This document shows positions 45,165-55,223 of a DNA stretch of 57,596 nt, piece after piece (positions within the stretch are counted from its first letter, which is position 1; the number at the start of each line of letters is the position of its first letter). The translations under genes and the position numbers were made by a program. The DNA lies in contig JBFHXF010000001.1 of NCBI GenBank assembly GCA_041599115.1, positions 1 through 57,596 of the forward strand. Reading direction: 5' to 3'. This DNA is from Acidimicrobiia bacterium (GTDB lineage Bacteria; Actinomycetota; Acidimicrobiia; Spongiisociales; ZC4RG35). Below the pieces are notes generated by a model. It searched no databases, was not told the DNA's origin, and was given only the letters and a program-made list of their open reading frames with translations.

Positions 45165-45656
45165 ATGAGTCAGGATCTGTTGGTTCCGGTCGGAGACCTG
45201 ATCGGATCTCCGGGGAAGACCCGGTCCTTCGCAGGAGAGGTCGCGGTTCGGCTCCGTCTGGGTGAGACGACGGTGAATGGACCTCTGAGGATTGTCGGAG
45301 CTGTTCATGGCTTGCTCGATGCGGTAAGAGCCGAATTCGAATCGGTTGCCGATGTGCACATGACCTGCACACGATGTCTTACAGAATGGGACGAGAAGCT
45401 ATCGGTGGCCGGCCGGCAGTACTTCGGATTGGCGGCCGACGAGGACGGCTATGCCATCTCCGGCGGCCAGATCGACATCGCACCGCCTGCAAGGGATGAA
45501 TTTGCCCTGGCTCTCCCGGGGGCACCACTGTGCCGACCGGATTGCCTGGGACTTTGCCCAACGTGTGGAACCGACTTGAATAGTGAGCCTTGTGACGGCC
45601 ATTGGGATGACGCTGACTCACCCTTCGCCGTTCTGAAAGACCTGTTCGATTCCTGA
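45165..45656 (+). CDS. yceD: YceD/DUF177 family (large-subunit rRNA accumulation) protein
   Basis: 163 aa. C-terminal CRPDCLGLCPTCGTDLN Cys cluster. Immediately precedes rpmF. Confidence 0.85.
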   Translation: MSQDLLVPVGDLIGSPGKTRSFAGEVAVRLRLGETTVNGPLRIVGAVHGLLDAVRAEFESVADVHMTCTRCLTEWDEKLSVAGRQYFGLAADEDGYAISGGQIDIAPPARDEFALALPGAPLCRPDCLGLCPTCGTDLNSEPCDGHWDDADSPFAVLKDLFDS

Positions 45657-45674
45657 GATACCAAGGAGTGCCCG

Positions 45675-45851
45675 ATGGCGGTGCCCAAGAAAAAGATGTC
45701 GCGCTCCCGGACCCGGCAGCGCAAGGCCGCCTGGAAAGTCGCCAGCCCGAGCACTGTGGCCTGTGAGCAGTGTGGGAAGCCGAAACTGCCACACCGTGCC
45801 TGTCGTGAATGCGGCACTTACAGTGGCCGCGAGGTAGTGGAGACCCGCTGA
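45675..45851 (+). CDS. rpmF: 50S ribosomal protein L32
   Basis: Not in the ORF track (58 aa). ATG 45675 to TGA 45849-45851. MAVPKKKMSRSRTRQRKAAWKVASPSTVACEQCGKPKLPHRACRECGTY. AAGGAG RBS. Confidence 0.9.
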   Translation: MAVPKKKMSRSRTRQRKAAWKVASPSTVACEQCGKPKLPHRACRECGTYSGREVVETR

Positions 45852-46036
45852 GTCTCAGCCTTACCCACCAGCGCCGGCCGCGTCAGCCGTGCTCAGCGCT
45901 CGATATGGCATTTCCCTGCACCACACCGGCCTGGTAGCCAATCAGTAGGCGTTTGGTTCCTCTTGGGCATGCCCTCTCATTACGCTGCCCACGTTATGGG
46001 CAAAGTGATCGAAGCCGATGTGTCGGAGGCGTCGTA

Positions 46037-47017
46037 TTGAGCCTGGTCCGAATCGCCCTCGACGCGATGGGTGGCGACAATGCTCCCGGGGAAACAGTTG
46101 CGGGGGCCGTCGAGGGGTCACGACGCGGTGTCGACGTAGTTTTGGTCGGAAGACCCGAGATCCTCGAGGTCGAACTTGCCAGGCATGAGACGCGGTTGCC
46201 CATTGTCGACGCGTCGGAGATCATTCACATGGGGGACGATCCGGCGCGCGCCCTGCGGGAGAAACCGGGAGCGTCCATCCTGGTGGCGGCCAGGCTCGTG
46301 GCCGAAGGGAATGCGGACGGATTCGTGGCAGCAGGGTCGACCGGGGCCGCCATGGCTGCGGCGGCCATAGTCATCGGTCGCATCAAAGGAGTGGCCCGTC
46401 CCCCGATCGCCACGGTTCTGCCCACCCCGGGCACACCGACCGTGGTGCTCGACATGGGTGCCAACCCGGAGGTGAAGCCCGAGCAGTTGTTCCAATTCGC
46501 GGTCATGGGCTCGATCGCGTCAGAGGTGCTCATTGGTGTGGAGAACCCCAGAGTCGGACTGTTGTCTATCGGGGAGGAGAGGGGCAAGGGCCGGGATCTC
46601 GAGAAGGCTGCCTACACGCTGCTCGAGTCCAGCCCACTGAATTTCGTGGGCAACGTCGAGGGTAGAGATATCGCCGACGACAAGGCCGATGTCATAGTCA
46701 CCGACGGCTTCACCGGCAACGTTCTCCTCAAGACCCTCGAAGGCACCGCCCGGATGGTGGCGATGTTCACAGCCGAGGAGATTGCCACTCTCGATCCGGA
46801 ATTACAGGCGATCGTAGGCCCGGTTCTCATGAAGGTCCGCAGACGTATGGATTATGAGACTTACGGCGGTGCCCAGCTTCTCGGAATCAAGGGCATGGTC
46901 GTCATCTCCCATGGCAGTTCGACGCGTACCTCGATCGCCAACGCCCTGGTCATGGCCAAGGACGGCGCCGAGAAGGATCTCCCCGGTCTGGTTGCCGCCA
47001 GGCTCGCATCGACATGA
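46037..47017 (+). CDS. plsX: phosphate acyltransferase
   Basis: IALDAMGGDNAPGETV, GSTGA, GANPE, TDGFTGNVLLK. TTG 46037 is the likeliest start. Confidence 0.9.
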   Translation: MSLVRIALDAMGGDNAPGETVAGAVEGSRRGVDVVLVGRPEILEVELARHETRLPIVDASEIIHMGDDPARALREKPGASILVAARLVAEGNADGFVAAGSTGAAMAAAAIVIGRIKGVARPPIATVLPTPGTPTVVLDMGANPEVKPEQLFQFAVMGSIASEVLIGVENPRVGLLSIGEERGKGRDLEKAAYTLLESSPLNFVGNVEGRDIADDKADVIVTDGFTGNVLLKTLEGTARMVAMFTAEEIATLDPELQAIVGPVLMKVRRRMDYETYGGAQLLGIKGMVVISHGSSTRTSIANALVMAKDGAEKDLPGLVAARLAST

Positions 47018-47694
47018 GTCTCGAGCGTTCACTCGGCTTCGAGTTCAACGACCCGGCTCTTCTCCGGCTGGCATTGACCCACCGGTCGGTGAGTTCGGAG
47101 AACCCGGCGCGCTATGACAACGAGCGTCTCGAGTTCTTGGGTGACGCCGTCTTGCAGTTGGTAGTGACTCGAAAGCTCTATGAGGACTATCCCCACCTGG
47201 CCGAGGGAAAAATGGCCAAGGTCCGGGCTGCGGTGGTCAGTCGCCCTTCTCTCGCCGAGGTCGCTCGCACCATACACCTCGGCGACTACGTCGAGTTGGC
47301 CCCGGCGGAAGAGCGGACCGGTGGGCGGAGCAAGGATTCGATCCTTGCTGACGCCACCGAAGCAATCATCGGGGCCGTTTATTTGGACGCCGGGATTGAA
47401 CGGGCGGCATCACTGATACTGCGGCTTTGGGGGGATCTGATCGCCGATCGGGCGAAACGGCCCGGAGTCAAGGATTACAAGACTCGTTTGCAGGAGGTGG
47501 TCGCCCGCGAAGGACTACGCCCTGTCTACTCCACTGAGGGCCATGGACCGGATCACGCCCGGTCATTCACAACCTCGGTATCGGTGGACGCCAAGCACCT
47601 GGGAGAGGGAGCGGGGAGGTCGAAGAAGGAAGCCGAACAGGTCGCGGCCCGAAAGGCCCTGGAGACTCTCGCCCGGGAATCGCGTCCTGACTAG
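47014..47694 (+). CDS. rnc: ribonuclease III
   Basis: Signature NERLEFLGDAVL and a C-terminal dsRBD (GRSKKEAEQVAARKALE). ATGA overlap with plsX. Confidence 0.95.
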   Translation: MSLERSLGFEFNDPALLRLALTHRSVSSENPARYDNERLEFLGDAVLQLVVTRKLYEDYPHLAEGKMAKVRAAVVSRPSLAEVARTIHLGDYVELAPAEERTGGRSKDSILADATEAIIGAVYLDAGIERAASLILRLWGDLIADRAKRPGVKDYKTRLQEVVAREGLRPVYSTEGHGPDHARSFTTSVSVDAKHLGEGAGRSKKEAEQVAARKALETLARESRPD

Positions 47695-48476
47695 GCCGAT
47701 TGGCTGACGGTGAGGTTTCTATACCAGGCGGCACTCATCACTGCGATCGCCGCGATGATGAAACCCTGAACCACGACGGTCACGACAAAGGCCAGCCCGG
47801 TCCCAATGCCGATGGAACCGATTGCCAATAGGGGAACGGCCACTGTTTGGACGAGTATCTCTGCTACCGAGCCGAGCAGACCCACGAGGAGCAGGAATCC
47901 GACGGTGGGCCACCAGTGGCCTTTCACCAGGTTCGAGCTGCGGGTGAGCGCGGCGAGAGGGCCCGTTTTCTCGAAGCCGATGATCGGCGCCGCCATGGCG
48001 AATCGCCCGGCGAACCAGATGCCGGGAATGATCAGGAGAAACAGTCCGGCGCCAACGGCCACGATTGCCACCCCAGCCGCTACCAGGAAAGTAGTCAGCC
48101 GGGAAGTCGCGAACCGTGCAGCGCTGCCGGCGGTGATGATCTCCCCGCGGATCTCTGAGTCAACCAGACGGTAGGCGGCCAGAGCCACGAAACCGGAGGC
48201 GATCACCTGAACACCGGCGGCGAGGACAAACCCGACAATGAAATCTCCCGATACCGCGAGCAACTCGGCGTCGGTCATGGCCTCCAAGGCCTTGGGGTTG
48301 TTGAACACCAAATCGAGAAAGGCATCTGCGCCGGTGAGCTTGAAGATCGCAAGGGTGGCCGCCCCGAGCAGTATGAATGCGCCGAACGACGGAGGGATTA
48401 AGCGACGCCAGACCAGACCGAGGATACGCGTTCCCTCGTTGAGCACTTCGCCGACGCTTCTGATTGGTGTGGTCAT
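47691..48476 (-). CDS. polytopic membrane protein, hypothetical
   Basis: ATG 48476 (MTTPIRSVGEVLNEG...) chosen because the longer ORF runs antisense into mutM. 5-6 TM segments. Confidence 0.55.
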   Translation of the reverse strand: MTTPIRSVGEVLNEGTRILGLVWRRLIPPSFGAFILLGAATLAIFKLTGADAFLDLVFNNPKALEAMTDAELLAVSGDFIVGFVLAAGVQVIASGFVALAAYRLVDSEIRGEIITAGSAARFATSRLTTFLVAAGVAIVAVGAGLFLLIIPGIWFAGRFAMAAPIIGFEKTGPLAALTRSSNLVKGHWWPTVGFLLLVGLLGSVAEILVQTVAVPLLAIGSIGIGTGLAFVVTVVVQGFIIAAIAVMSAAWYRNLTVSQSA

Positions 48477-48499
48477 GGGCAGCGGTACGGTAACCCACC

Positions 48500-49345
48500 A
48501 TGCCCGAGCTACCTGAAGTCGAATTGACCCGGCGTCATCTCGACGCGGCAATGACCGGCAAGTTGATCGAGTCGGCGAAGGTCGCTCACCCTCGGACAGC
48601 GCGACGAAACAGCGGACCGCAAGAAGTTGAGCAACGGTTGGCGAGACGCCGGGTTTTGGCCGTCGAGCGCACGGGGAAATACCTTCACGCGCCACTCGAC
48701 GACGGTCAGATCTTGGTTGCGCATTTGGGCATGTCAGGTCGTTTCACCGTCAATGGCCCGATCGAACCCCATACCCATTTCACCGCGGTGATGGAGGGGG
48801 GTGACGCGGTTCGCTTCATCGACCCCCGCACCTTCGGTTTCATCGCGGTCTGCGCCGCTGACGAGATCGCGGACTCGACTCTGGGGCGCCTTGGCCCCGA
48901 TTCATGGGCAGAGCCTGTCGATCCGGGCCAACTCGAGGAGAAACTAAAGAATCGGACTGCTCCCATAAAGGCCCTGTTGTTGGATCAGTATTTGGTTTCG
49001 GGTTTGGGAAACATCTATGCAGATGAGGCCCTGCATATGGCAGGCATCCACCCGGCCCGCCCCGGCGGGTCCCTGAGACGGGAGGATCTCGATAGGTTGG
49101 TGGTGTCGATCGGGCTGGTCCTCGATTCTGCCATTGAGCATGGCGGCACCAGCCTCGATGACCTCGCTTATCTGCTTCCCAACGGCAGGGCAGGCGAGAA
49201 TCTCGGCCGACTCGCCGTCTACGGACGGACTGACCTCCCATGTTTCGCATGTGGCACTCCGATCCGGCGGATTGTGCTGCGCTCCCGGTCGGCTCACTTT
49301 TGTCCTGTGTGCCAAGGCGAAATCATGGATACTTTGGTGAAATGA
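48500..49345 (+). CDS. mutM: formamidopyrimidine-DNA glycosylase / DNA-(AP site) lyase
   Basis: N-terminal MPELPEVE and C-terminal zinc finger CFACGTPI...FCPVCQ. Confidence 0.9.
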   Translation: MPELPEVELTRRHLDAAMTGKLIESAKVAHPRTARRNSGPQEVEQRLARRRVLAVERTGKYLHAPLDDGQILVAHLGMSGRFTVNGPIEPHTHFTAVMEGGDAVRFIDPRTFGFIAVCAADEIADSTLGRLGPDSWAEPVDPGQLEEKLKNRTAPIKALLLDQYLVSGLGNIYADEALHMAGIHPARPGGSLRREDLDRLVVSIGLVLDSAIEHGGTSLDDLAYLLPNGRAGENLGRLAVYGRTDLPCFACGTPIRRIVLRSRSAHFCPVCQGEIMDTLVK

Positions 49346-49887
49346 CGGCCAGGGACAAGGCTCTCAGGGGTCTGGCAGATGTTCTGACCGGCGGACGCCT
49401 GGTGATAGCGGGGGTTATCGCCATCGCGGCCTATCGAGCTGATTGGAACCTGGTTGCCTTACTGCTCTCCCTGGCGTGGTGGTCAGATTTCTCAGATGGC
49501 AGGCTGGCCCGGAGGGCCGGGGGAGGTACCCGGCTGGGGGCATGGGACTTGAGGGTGGACACCGCGGTCGGTGCGATGCTTCTCGTCGGAATGACCCTGG
49601 GCGCACACATCAGCATCGTTTGGGGAGTCGTAGGAGCCGGTCTGGGGTTTGGTTACATCCTGACTGCAAATGGCTCGCTCGCCATGCTCCTTCAGGCGAT
49701 CGCCTATGGTCACGCCCTTCGGCTCTCTGCGGTCGAGGGCTTTCCCGGGTTCGTCGCGGCGACCGTCACGATTGGTGTCATTCTCGTATCGAGCTGGCCG
49801 CGTTTCGTCCAGGAAGTCGTTCCCACCTTCCTGAGCGGCCTTGTGGGGGATAGACGTGTGGAGAGCGAGCCGCGATCCGATGGATGA
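49342..49887 (+). CDS. CDP-alcohol phosphatidyltransferase family membrane protein
   Basis: ATG 49342 overlaps the mutM stop (ATGA). DFSDGRLARRAGGGTRLGAWDLRVD approximates the DxxDGxxAR...G..D...D motif. Confidence 0.7.
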   Translation: MTARDKALRGLADVLTGGRLVIAGVIAIAAYRADWNLVALLLSLAWWSDFSDGRLARRAGGGTRLGAWDLRVDTAVGAMLLVGMTLGAHISIVWGVVGAGLGFGYILTANGSLAMLLQAIAYGHALRLSAVEGFPGFVAATVTIGVILVSSWPRFVQEVVPTFLSGLVGDRRVESEPRSDG

Positions 49888-50176
49888 CAAGACAGTTCAC
49901 GCTTTCGTGGCCGGTCACGTGCAAAAGGTTGGTTACCGGCAGGGCTGTCGTCAGATGGCTCGGTCTTTGGATCTGTTCGGCTGGGTGAGAAATCTCCAGG
50001 ACGGCCGCGTCGAGTTGCTGGCCCAGGGCAACGCCGATGCGATCGATCGGTTGGTCGCCTGGTTGTGGTTCGGCCCTGCCTCTGCTCGGGTGGTGAGCGT
50101 GGAGTCCGACATCGTGGCTCCGGACCCGACCCTGCGTGACTTCTTCATACACCCCAACCCGGGTAAAAGCAGCTGA
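49880..50176 (+). CDS. acyP: acylphosphatase
   Basis: VHAFVAGHVQKVGYRQ...GWVRNLQDGRVE are canonical acylphosphatase motifs. ATG 49880 overlaps the end of the upstream gene. Confidence 0.85.
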   Translation: MDDKTVHAFVAGHVQKVGYRQGCRQMARSLDLFGWVRNLQDGRVELLAQGNADAIDRLVAWLWFGPASARVVSVESDIVAPDPTLRDFFIHPNPGKSS

Positions 50177-50239
50177 TTCGCCCGTTGCTGTTAGCCTTTC
50201 GGGGATAATCACATCCGTGTTATTTCCCAGGAACTGCTT

Positions 50240-53200
50240 GTGTATTTGAAATCTCTGAAACTCGTCGGCTTCAAATCGTTTGCCGACCGAACCCAACTGG
50301 AGCTGCGACCCGGCGTAACAGTGATAGTGGGTCCCAACGGCTCGGGAAAGTCGAATCTGGTCGATGCCCTCTCCTGGGTCATGGGCACCCAGTCCACCAG
50401 GGCGCTGCGGACCTCCAAGATGGAGGATGTCGTCTTTGCCGGAACGGCAACACGACCGGCACTCAACCGGGCCGAAGTGACGCTCCTCATCGACAATGCC
50501 GAGCGGAGGCTCCCACTCGACCTTCCCGAAGTGGCACTCACCAGACGTCTCTATCGAGACGGCTCGAGCGACTATGAGATCAATGGAGTGGCCTGCCGTC
50601 TTCTCGACATCGAGGAGCTGTTGAGCGATTCGGGCGTGGGCCGTCACCAACACGTGATCATCGGCCAGGGCGAGATAGGGACGATTCTGAGTGCCTCGCC
50701 GGAAGAGCATCGCGCCGTCATAGAAGAGGCCGCAGGGATCCTCAAACACAGGCGACGAAAGGAGAAGTCGGAGCGCAGGTTGGAGCGCACCGACGATGAC
50801 CTGGTTCGCCTTCGGGATCTGGTGACTGAGATCGAACGGCAGTTGAGACCGCTGAGACGTCAGGCGAAGGCGGCCAAGAGATACGAGGGCATGAAAAACG
50901 AGGTGCGTGGCCTCGCACTATTCCTCGGGCGAGAGAGACTTGAGCTCTACGAGGCCGAGATCCTTCAACTCGAATCGGACCAGTCGTCGAAGCTCTCGGC
51001 TGTCAACACTTCCACTGCCCGGGCCGGCGAGGCTTCGGCTGATGTGCAACGACTGAGTGAGAGTGCCTCATCCGTCGGGGCAGACCTCGATCGTGATACT
51101 GCTGCCGCAGCGAGACTCGAGACAACGATAGAGAGGCTCCGGCGGTTGGGCTCTGTCGCCCATGAGCGTATCCGGGCAGCTGCCGGTCGACATGAGGCGG
51201 TCGCCGAGAGGAGGGAGGACCTCGAATCGGAACTGGTCATGATCATGGAAGAGGTCGAATCGATCGCTATCGCCGAGAAGGAGGCGGTGACAGCCGCGGT
51301 GAAGCGGGAAGAGGCTTTCCGGGCGTTGGAGGACGAAGAAAGAGCCATTGCAACCCAGACGTCACTGTCACCCGAGGGAGCAGCAGCGGCTTTGAGAGGC
51401 GAACTGAGTGTTCTCGAGGCTGCAGGTCTCAGAGACAAACGAGAAGGGGAGTCCGTCGCAGACCGGATGCGGGTCATAGAGGCCCAGCTGGCTGACGAAT
51501 CCTCGGAGATAGCCCGTATAAACGATGAGATCAGGGACGCCGATGAACGACTCTCGGCGGTCTCGGTGATTTATGAATCTGCCGCCCGAGCCCGCGTGCG
51601 AGATCAGCACAGTTGGACCGCCGCCGAAGATCTGGTGTCAGCTGCCCGACTCGACGAAGCCGCTTCGAGAGCTCGAGTGGAGGCGATATCGGCTGCACTG
51701 GAGGGCTCATTCGATCTGGAGGCTCGCCGGGAAGTGGAGGCTTCGCAGGGTGTCCTAGGGAGCTTGATATCACTGCTCGACGTTCCGGAAGGTCTGGAAC
51801 TGGCCGTGGAAGCCGCTTTGGGGAGTTGGTCGAGTTCTGTCGCTTTCTCCAACCCATCGGACCTGAAGAAGGCCGTCGAAGCGGTGAGGGGATCGGGGAT
51901 CGGCGGCATCCCGGTCGTCTTATCTCGAGGAACGGTCGAATGCCCGGCCCGCGATTTGGCGCTGGCGTCAGGTGTCGAGGCCCTGATCGACAAACTGGGC
52001 GGAGCGCGGGACGATGACCTTGCAGAGCGTTTGCTGGGGGATGTGCTCCTGGTGGAGGGCTGGACTGCTGCTTGGGGATTGGTGAGCAAGAATCCGATTG
52101 TTCGGGCAGTGACGCCCGAGGGCGATCTCATCACGAGTTTTGGGATCCAAATAGCCCATCCGGACGGCATGGGCCCGACAATGCTCGAAGCGGCGGAGGT
52201 GGGCCTGGAAAGAGCAGACACCGCTCTTGCCCGGGCCACGTCGATCCTGACCGCAGCCAAGCGAGATTTCGACAAGAGCCGTGAAGCGGAGCGGGCCGCT
52301 TTGGAGACTGTCGAGCAGGTCGAAGCGGGGCTGGCCGGCAAGTCCGAGGCGATGGCAAGGCTCCAGAAGTCCGTCGATGCCCTGGCTGATGACCGCAACA
52401 GGCTTGGCCAGCGCATGTCATCTCTCAATGAAGGCATGGCCCAGAGAAGCGTCCAGTCATCGGCGCTGAACGATCGCCTCGCTGCGCTCGAAGGAACAGA
52501 AGCGGCCAGGGTCAAGGCGTGGGAGGAGATGGAAGCACGCCGACTGGACCTGGCGGCCGCCCGCGAGGAAGCCCGGTCCGAGTGGCAGCAGGCGGCCACT
52601 CGCAGCCAGTCCATCGCGGAACGGCGACGGTTGCTCGAAGAGCGTGCCTCCCGGATCGAATCAGAACTGACCCGGTTGGGAGGTTCTTCGCCTGAGACGG
52701 TCGACGTGTCTGTCCTCCGATCGGTTGAGGCTTACGCCCAGAGGTCGGTGGACGTGCTCTCCGGGAAGTTGGGCGTGCTGCGCGACCGACAGGCCGAGCT
52801 CCGGAGGAACAATGCCACGGTGCTCGCCCAACTCGACGAGGCCCGCAGTGACTACGAAGCGGCACGATCGGCCATCGCCGGCGACCGCGAGCGGCTCGGA
52901 GAGATCGAGGTGCGGCTCACCGCGTTGCGACTTCAACGCGAGAGCTTGATCGAGGGCCTGCGCCGCGACGCCGACTCTGACGCCGAGGAGGCGAGATCTG
53001 CGGTCCGGCCGGATTATCCCGAGGATGCCGATCTCGCTGCCCTGTTCGAGGAGAAGTCCGCGCAGCTGAGGCGTCTCGGTCCGATCAACCCGCTCGCTGC
53101 CGACGAGTACGCCGAGATGAGTGCCCGATACGAGTTCCTCACCACTCAACTGGCCGACGTGGAGTCGTCGCGTGCCGAATTGCGAAAGGTCATCTCAGCC

Positions 53201-53689
53201 CTGGAAACCGAGATCGAGACTCGCTTCGCAGAGGCATTCAAAGAGGTCGCCGAGGCCTATCAGCGTTACTTCTCGATTCTCTTTCCGGGTGGCCGCGGCC
53301 GGATCAGGATGACCGATCCCGAGGACGGCCATTCCGGATTGCTGATAGATGCCCAGCCTGTAGGCAAGAAAGTGGCGCACATGACTTTGCTTTCGGGTGG
53401 AGAGCGCTCTCTGGCCGCGCTCGCCTTTCTGTTCTCGGTTTTCGAGGCCAGACCGAGTCCCTTCTATGTTCTCGACGAGGTGGAGGCGGCCCTCGACGAC
53501 ACGAATCTGCGCCGGTTCCTCCGAATCGTCGACGAGTTCCGCAGGCGGGCCCAGGTGGTGATCATCACCCATCAACAGCAGACCATGGAGGTAGCCGACG
53601 TGCTGTACGGTGTGACGATGGAACCCGGCGGTTCCTCCCAGGCGATCCGAAAGGACATGACAGCAGTTGGAGTCGACCGGGTTGCATAA
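50240..53689 (+). CDS. smc: chromosome partition protein Smc
   Basis: 1149 aa. Walker A GPNGSGKSN, long coiled coils with a central hinge, C-terminal LSGGERSLAALAFLF and Walker B YVLDEVEAALD. Confidence 0.95.
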   Translation: MYLKSLKLVGFKSFADRTQLELRPGVTVIVGPNGSGKSNLVDALSWVMGTQSTRALRTSKMEDVVFAGTATRPALNRAEVTLLIDNAERRLPLDLPEVALTRRLYRDGSSDYEINGVACRLLDIEELLSDSGVGRHQHVIIGQGEIGTILSASPEEHRAVIEEAAGILKHRRRKEKSERRLERTDDDLVRLRDLVTEIERQLRPLRRQAKAAKRYEGMKNEVRGLALFLGRERLELYEAEILQLESDQSSKLSAVNTSTARAGEASADVQRLSESASSVGADLDRDTAAAARLETTIERLRRLGSVAHERIRAAAGRHEAVAERREDLESELVMIMEEVESIAIAEKEAVTAAVKREEAFRALEDEERAIATQTSLSPEGAAAALRGELSVLEAAGLRDKREGESVADRMRVIEAQLADESSEIARINDEIRDADERLSAVSVIYESAARARVRDQHSWTAAEDLVSAARLDEAASRARVEAISAALEGSFDLEARREVEASQGVLGSLISLLDVPEGLELAVEAALGSWSSSVAFSNPSDLKKAVEAVRGSGIGGIPVVLSRGTVECPARDLALASGVEALIDKLGGARDDDLAERLLGDVLLVEGWTAAWGLVSKNPIVRAVTPEGDLITSFGIQIAHPDGMGPTMLEAAEVGLERADTALARATSILTAAKRDFDKSREAERAALETVEQVEAGLAGKSEAMARLQKSVDALADDRNRLGQRMSSLNEGMAQRSVQSSALNDRLAALEGTEAARVKAWEEMEARRLDLAAAREEARSEWQQAATRSQSIAERRRLLEERASRIESELTRLGGSSPETVDVSVLRSVEAYAQRSVDVLSGKLGVLRDRQAELRRNNATVLAQLDEARSDYEAARSAIAGDRERLGEIEVRLTALRLQRESLIEGLRRDADSDAEEARSAVRPDYPEDADLAALFEEKSAQLRRLGPINPLAADEYAEMSARYEFLTTQLADVESSRAELRKVISALETEIETRFAEAFKEVAEAYQRYFSILFPGGRGRIRMTDPEDGHSGLLIDAQPVGKKVAHMTLLSGGERSLAALAFLFSVFEARPSPFYVLDEVEAALDDTNLRRFLRIVDEFRRRAQVVIITHQQQTMEVADVLYGVTMEPGGSSQAIRKDMTAVGVDRVA

Positions 53690-53717
53690 CCCGGTTCGCG
53701 CGCCCAACCTCTGATCC

Positions 53718-54698
53718 GTGGACATCCAAACACTCGTTTTGGCGGTCGTTGCGGGCTCGATCGTGGCGACAGTTTTGCTCCTGATTGTCCGCCGGGCATC
53801 CAGGGAGGGTGTGACACCGCTGGTCACCGGCGGTCTTGACAGGTCCGCGACAACTCTTGGCCAGGCATTACGCCAAGCCTGGAGCTCCGGGCTCGACGAT
53901 TCGACCTGGTCGGAGATGACGGAGGCACTTGTCGCCGCCGACGTCGGGCCGGAAGCCTCCGAGGAGATCGTCCAGGCAGTCAGAAAAGCCCGTCCGGCGT
54001 CAGCGGACGAAGCTCGAGAACATCTGGCGGACCAGTTGCGAAGCCAACTCGGAGGTCGTGAACGAGACCTGTCTTTCGCGGGGCGCCCGACAGTGGTCCT
54101 CGTCGTAGGCGTCAACGGAACCGGGAAGACCACCACGATTGCCAAGTTGGCCAACCGCTTCGTCATCGATGGCCGGTCCGTTTTGCTGGCCGCTGCAGAC
54201 ACGTTTCGGGCCGCAGCCGCCGAGCAATTGCGAGCCTGGGGTGCCCGGGTCGGCGTCGAGGTCATCGCCGGGCAGGAGGGAAGCGACCCGGGCTCGGTGG
54301 TCTTCGACGCCGTGGCGGCCGCTCGGGCGAGAGGCTACGACGTTGTCATCATCGATACCGCGGGCCGTCTGCACGCCAAGAAGAATCTGATGGCCGAGCT
54401 CTCCAAGATTCATCGGGTGGCTGCCGGCGACCGAGGAAATGTAGACGAAGTCCTGCTGGTTCTTGACGCCACGGGAGGCCAAAACGGACTTGCCCAAGTC
54501 ATGGACTTCTCCGAAGCGGTGCCGGTCACCGGGATCATCTTGACCAAGCTGGATGGCACTGCGAAAGGCGGGATAGTGGTTGCAATCGAGCGCTATCTTG
54601 GAGTTCCGGTGAAATTCGTGGGTCTCGGGGAGGGTTTGGGTGATCTCGAGCCATTTGATCCGGATAGGTTTGTTGGCAACTTGTTGGAGCACGCATGA
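53718..54698 (+). CDS. ftsY: signal recognition particle receptor FtsY
   Basis: N-terminal TM. GVNGTGKTTT, DTAGRL, TKLDGTAKGG. Confidence 0.95.
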   Translation: MDIQTLVLAVVAGSIVATVLLLIVRRASREGVTPLVTGGLDRSATTLGQALRQAWSSGLDDSTWSEMTEALVAADVGPEASEEIVQAVRKARPASADEAREHLADQLRSQLGGRERDLSFAGRPTVVLVVGVNGTGKTTTIAKLANRFVIDGRSVLLAAADTFRAAAAEQLRAWGARVGVEVIAGQEGSDPGSVVFDAVAAARARGYDVVIIDTAGRLHAKKNLMAELSKIHRVAAGDRGNVDEVLLVLDATGGQNGLAQVMDFSEAVPVTGIILTKLDGTAKGGIVVAIERYLGVPVKFVGLGEGLGDLEPFDPDRFVGNLLEHA

Positions 54699-55087
54699 CA
54701 AACGAAGAACTGGCCGCCTCTGCAAGAGCTGCCGCCGAGGGTTCCTACTCGCCGTATTCCAGCTTCAGGGTCGGTGCGGTGGCGGTGGGATCCGGCGGTG
54801 AGATCTTCATCGGGGCCAACATCGAGAACGCGGCATATCCGGCCTCGAATTGCGCCGAGGCAAGTGCCATCCATGCCGCGGTGGCCCATGGCGTGCGGAA
54901 GATCGACACTGTGGCGGTGGCCTGCATCGATGCCGATGACATCGAGGGCGCTTATCCCTGTGGCCACTGCCGCCAGATAATGTCCGAGTTCGATGTGGAG
55001 ACGGTTATCGTCACCGCGAGCGATGGGTCTGTGATACGGGAGCACACTCTGGACGAACTGCTACCCCACCGATTCAAGCTCAACTGA
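54695..55087 (+). CDS. cdd: cytidine deaminase
   Basis: CAEASAI (H/CAE) and PCGHCRQ zinc motifs. ATGA overlap with ftsY. Confidence 0.9.
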   Translation: MTNEELAASARAAAEGSYSPYSSFRVGAVAVGSGGEIFIGANIENAAYPASNCAEASAIHAAVAHGVRKIDTVAVACIDADDIEGAYPCGHCRQIMSEFDVETVIVTASDGSVIREHTLDELLPHRFKLN

Positions 55088-55107
55088 TTCGAACAGGGGG
55101 ACCGGCG

Positions 55108-55206
55108 ATGAACGTCTGGTCTCAATCGATGAGTCAATGGTATGGGATCGCCATCAGGATCTTCGTTGCCGCCGGGGGCGCCTTCCTCGGCTTCTCGCTT
55201 ATCTAG
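55108..55206 (+). CDS. candidate 32-aa single-TM micropeptide
   Basis: Below the ORF-track cutoff. ATG 55108 to TAG 55204-55206. MNVWSQSMSQWYGIAIRIFVAAGGAFLGFSLI. AGGGGGA is 7 nt upstream. Fills the cdd / DUF3052 gap. Confidence 0.3.
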   Translation: MNVWSQSMSQWYGIAIRIFVAAGGAFLGFSLI

Positions 55207-55223
55207 TATCTACGCCACCAGGG

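Noticed and set aside
45852-46036. 185-bp gap between rpmF and plsX examined for a tRNA/sRNA
   Set aside because: No T-arm (GGTTCGAnnCC) or cloverleaf features and no strong hairpins. It is most likely just the plsX promoter and leader.
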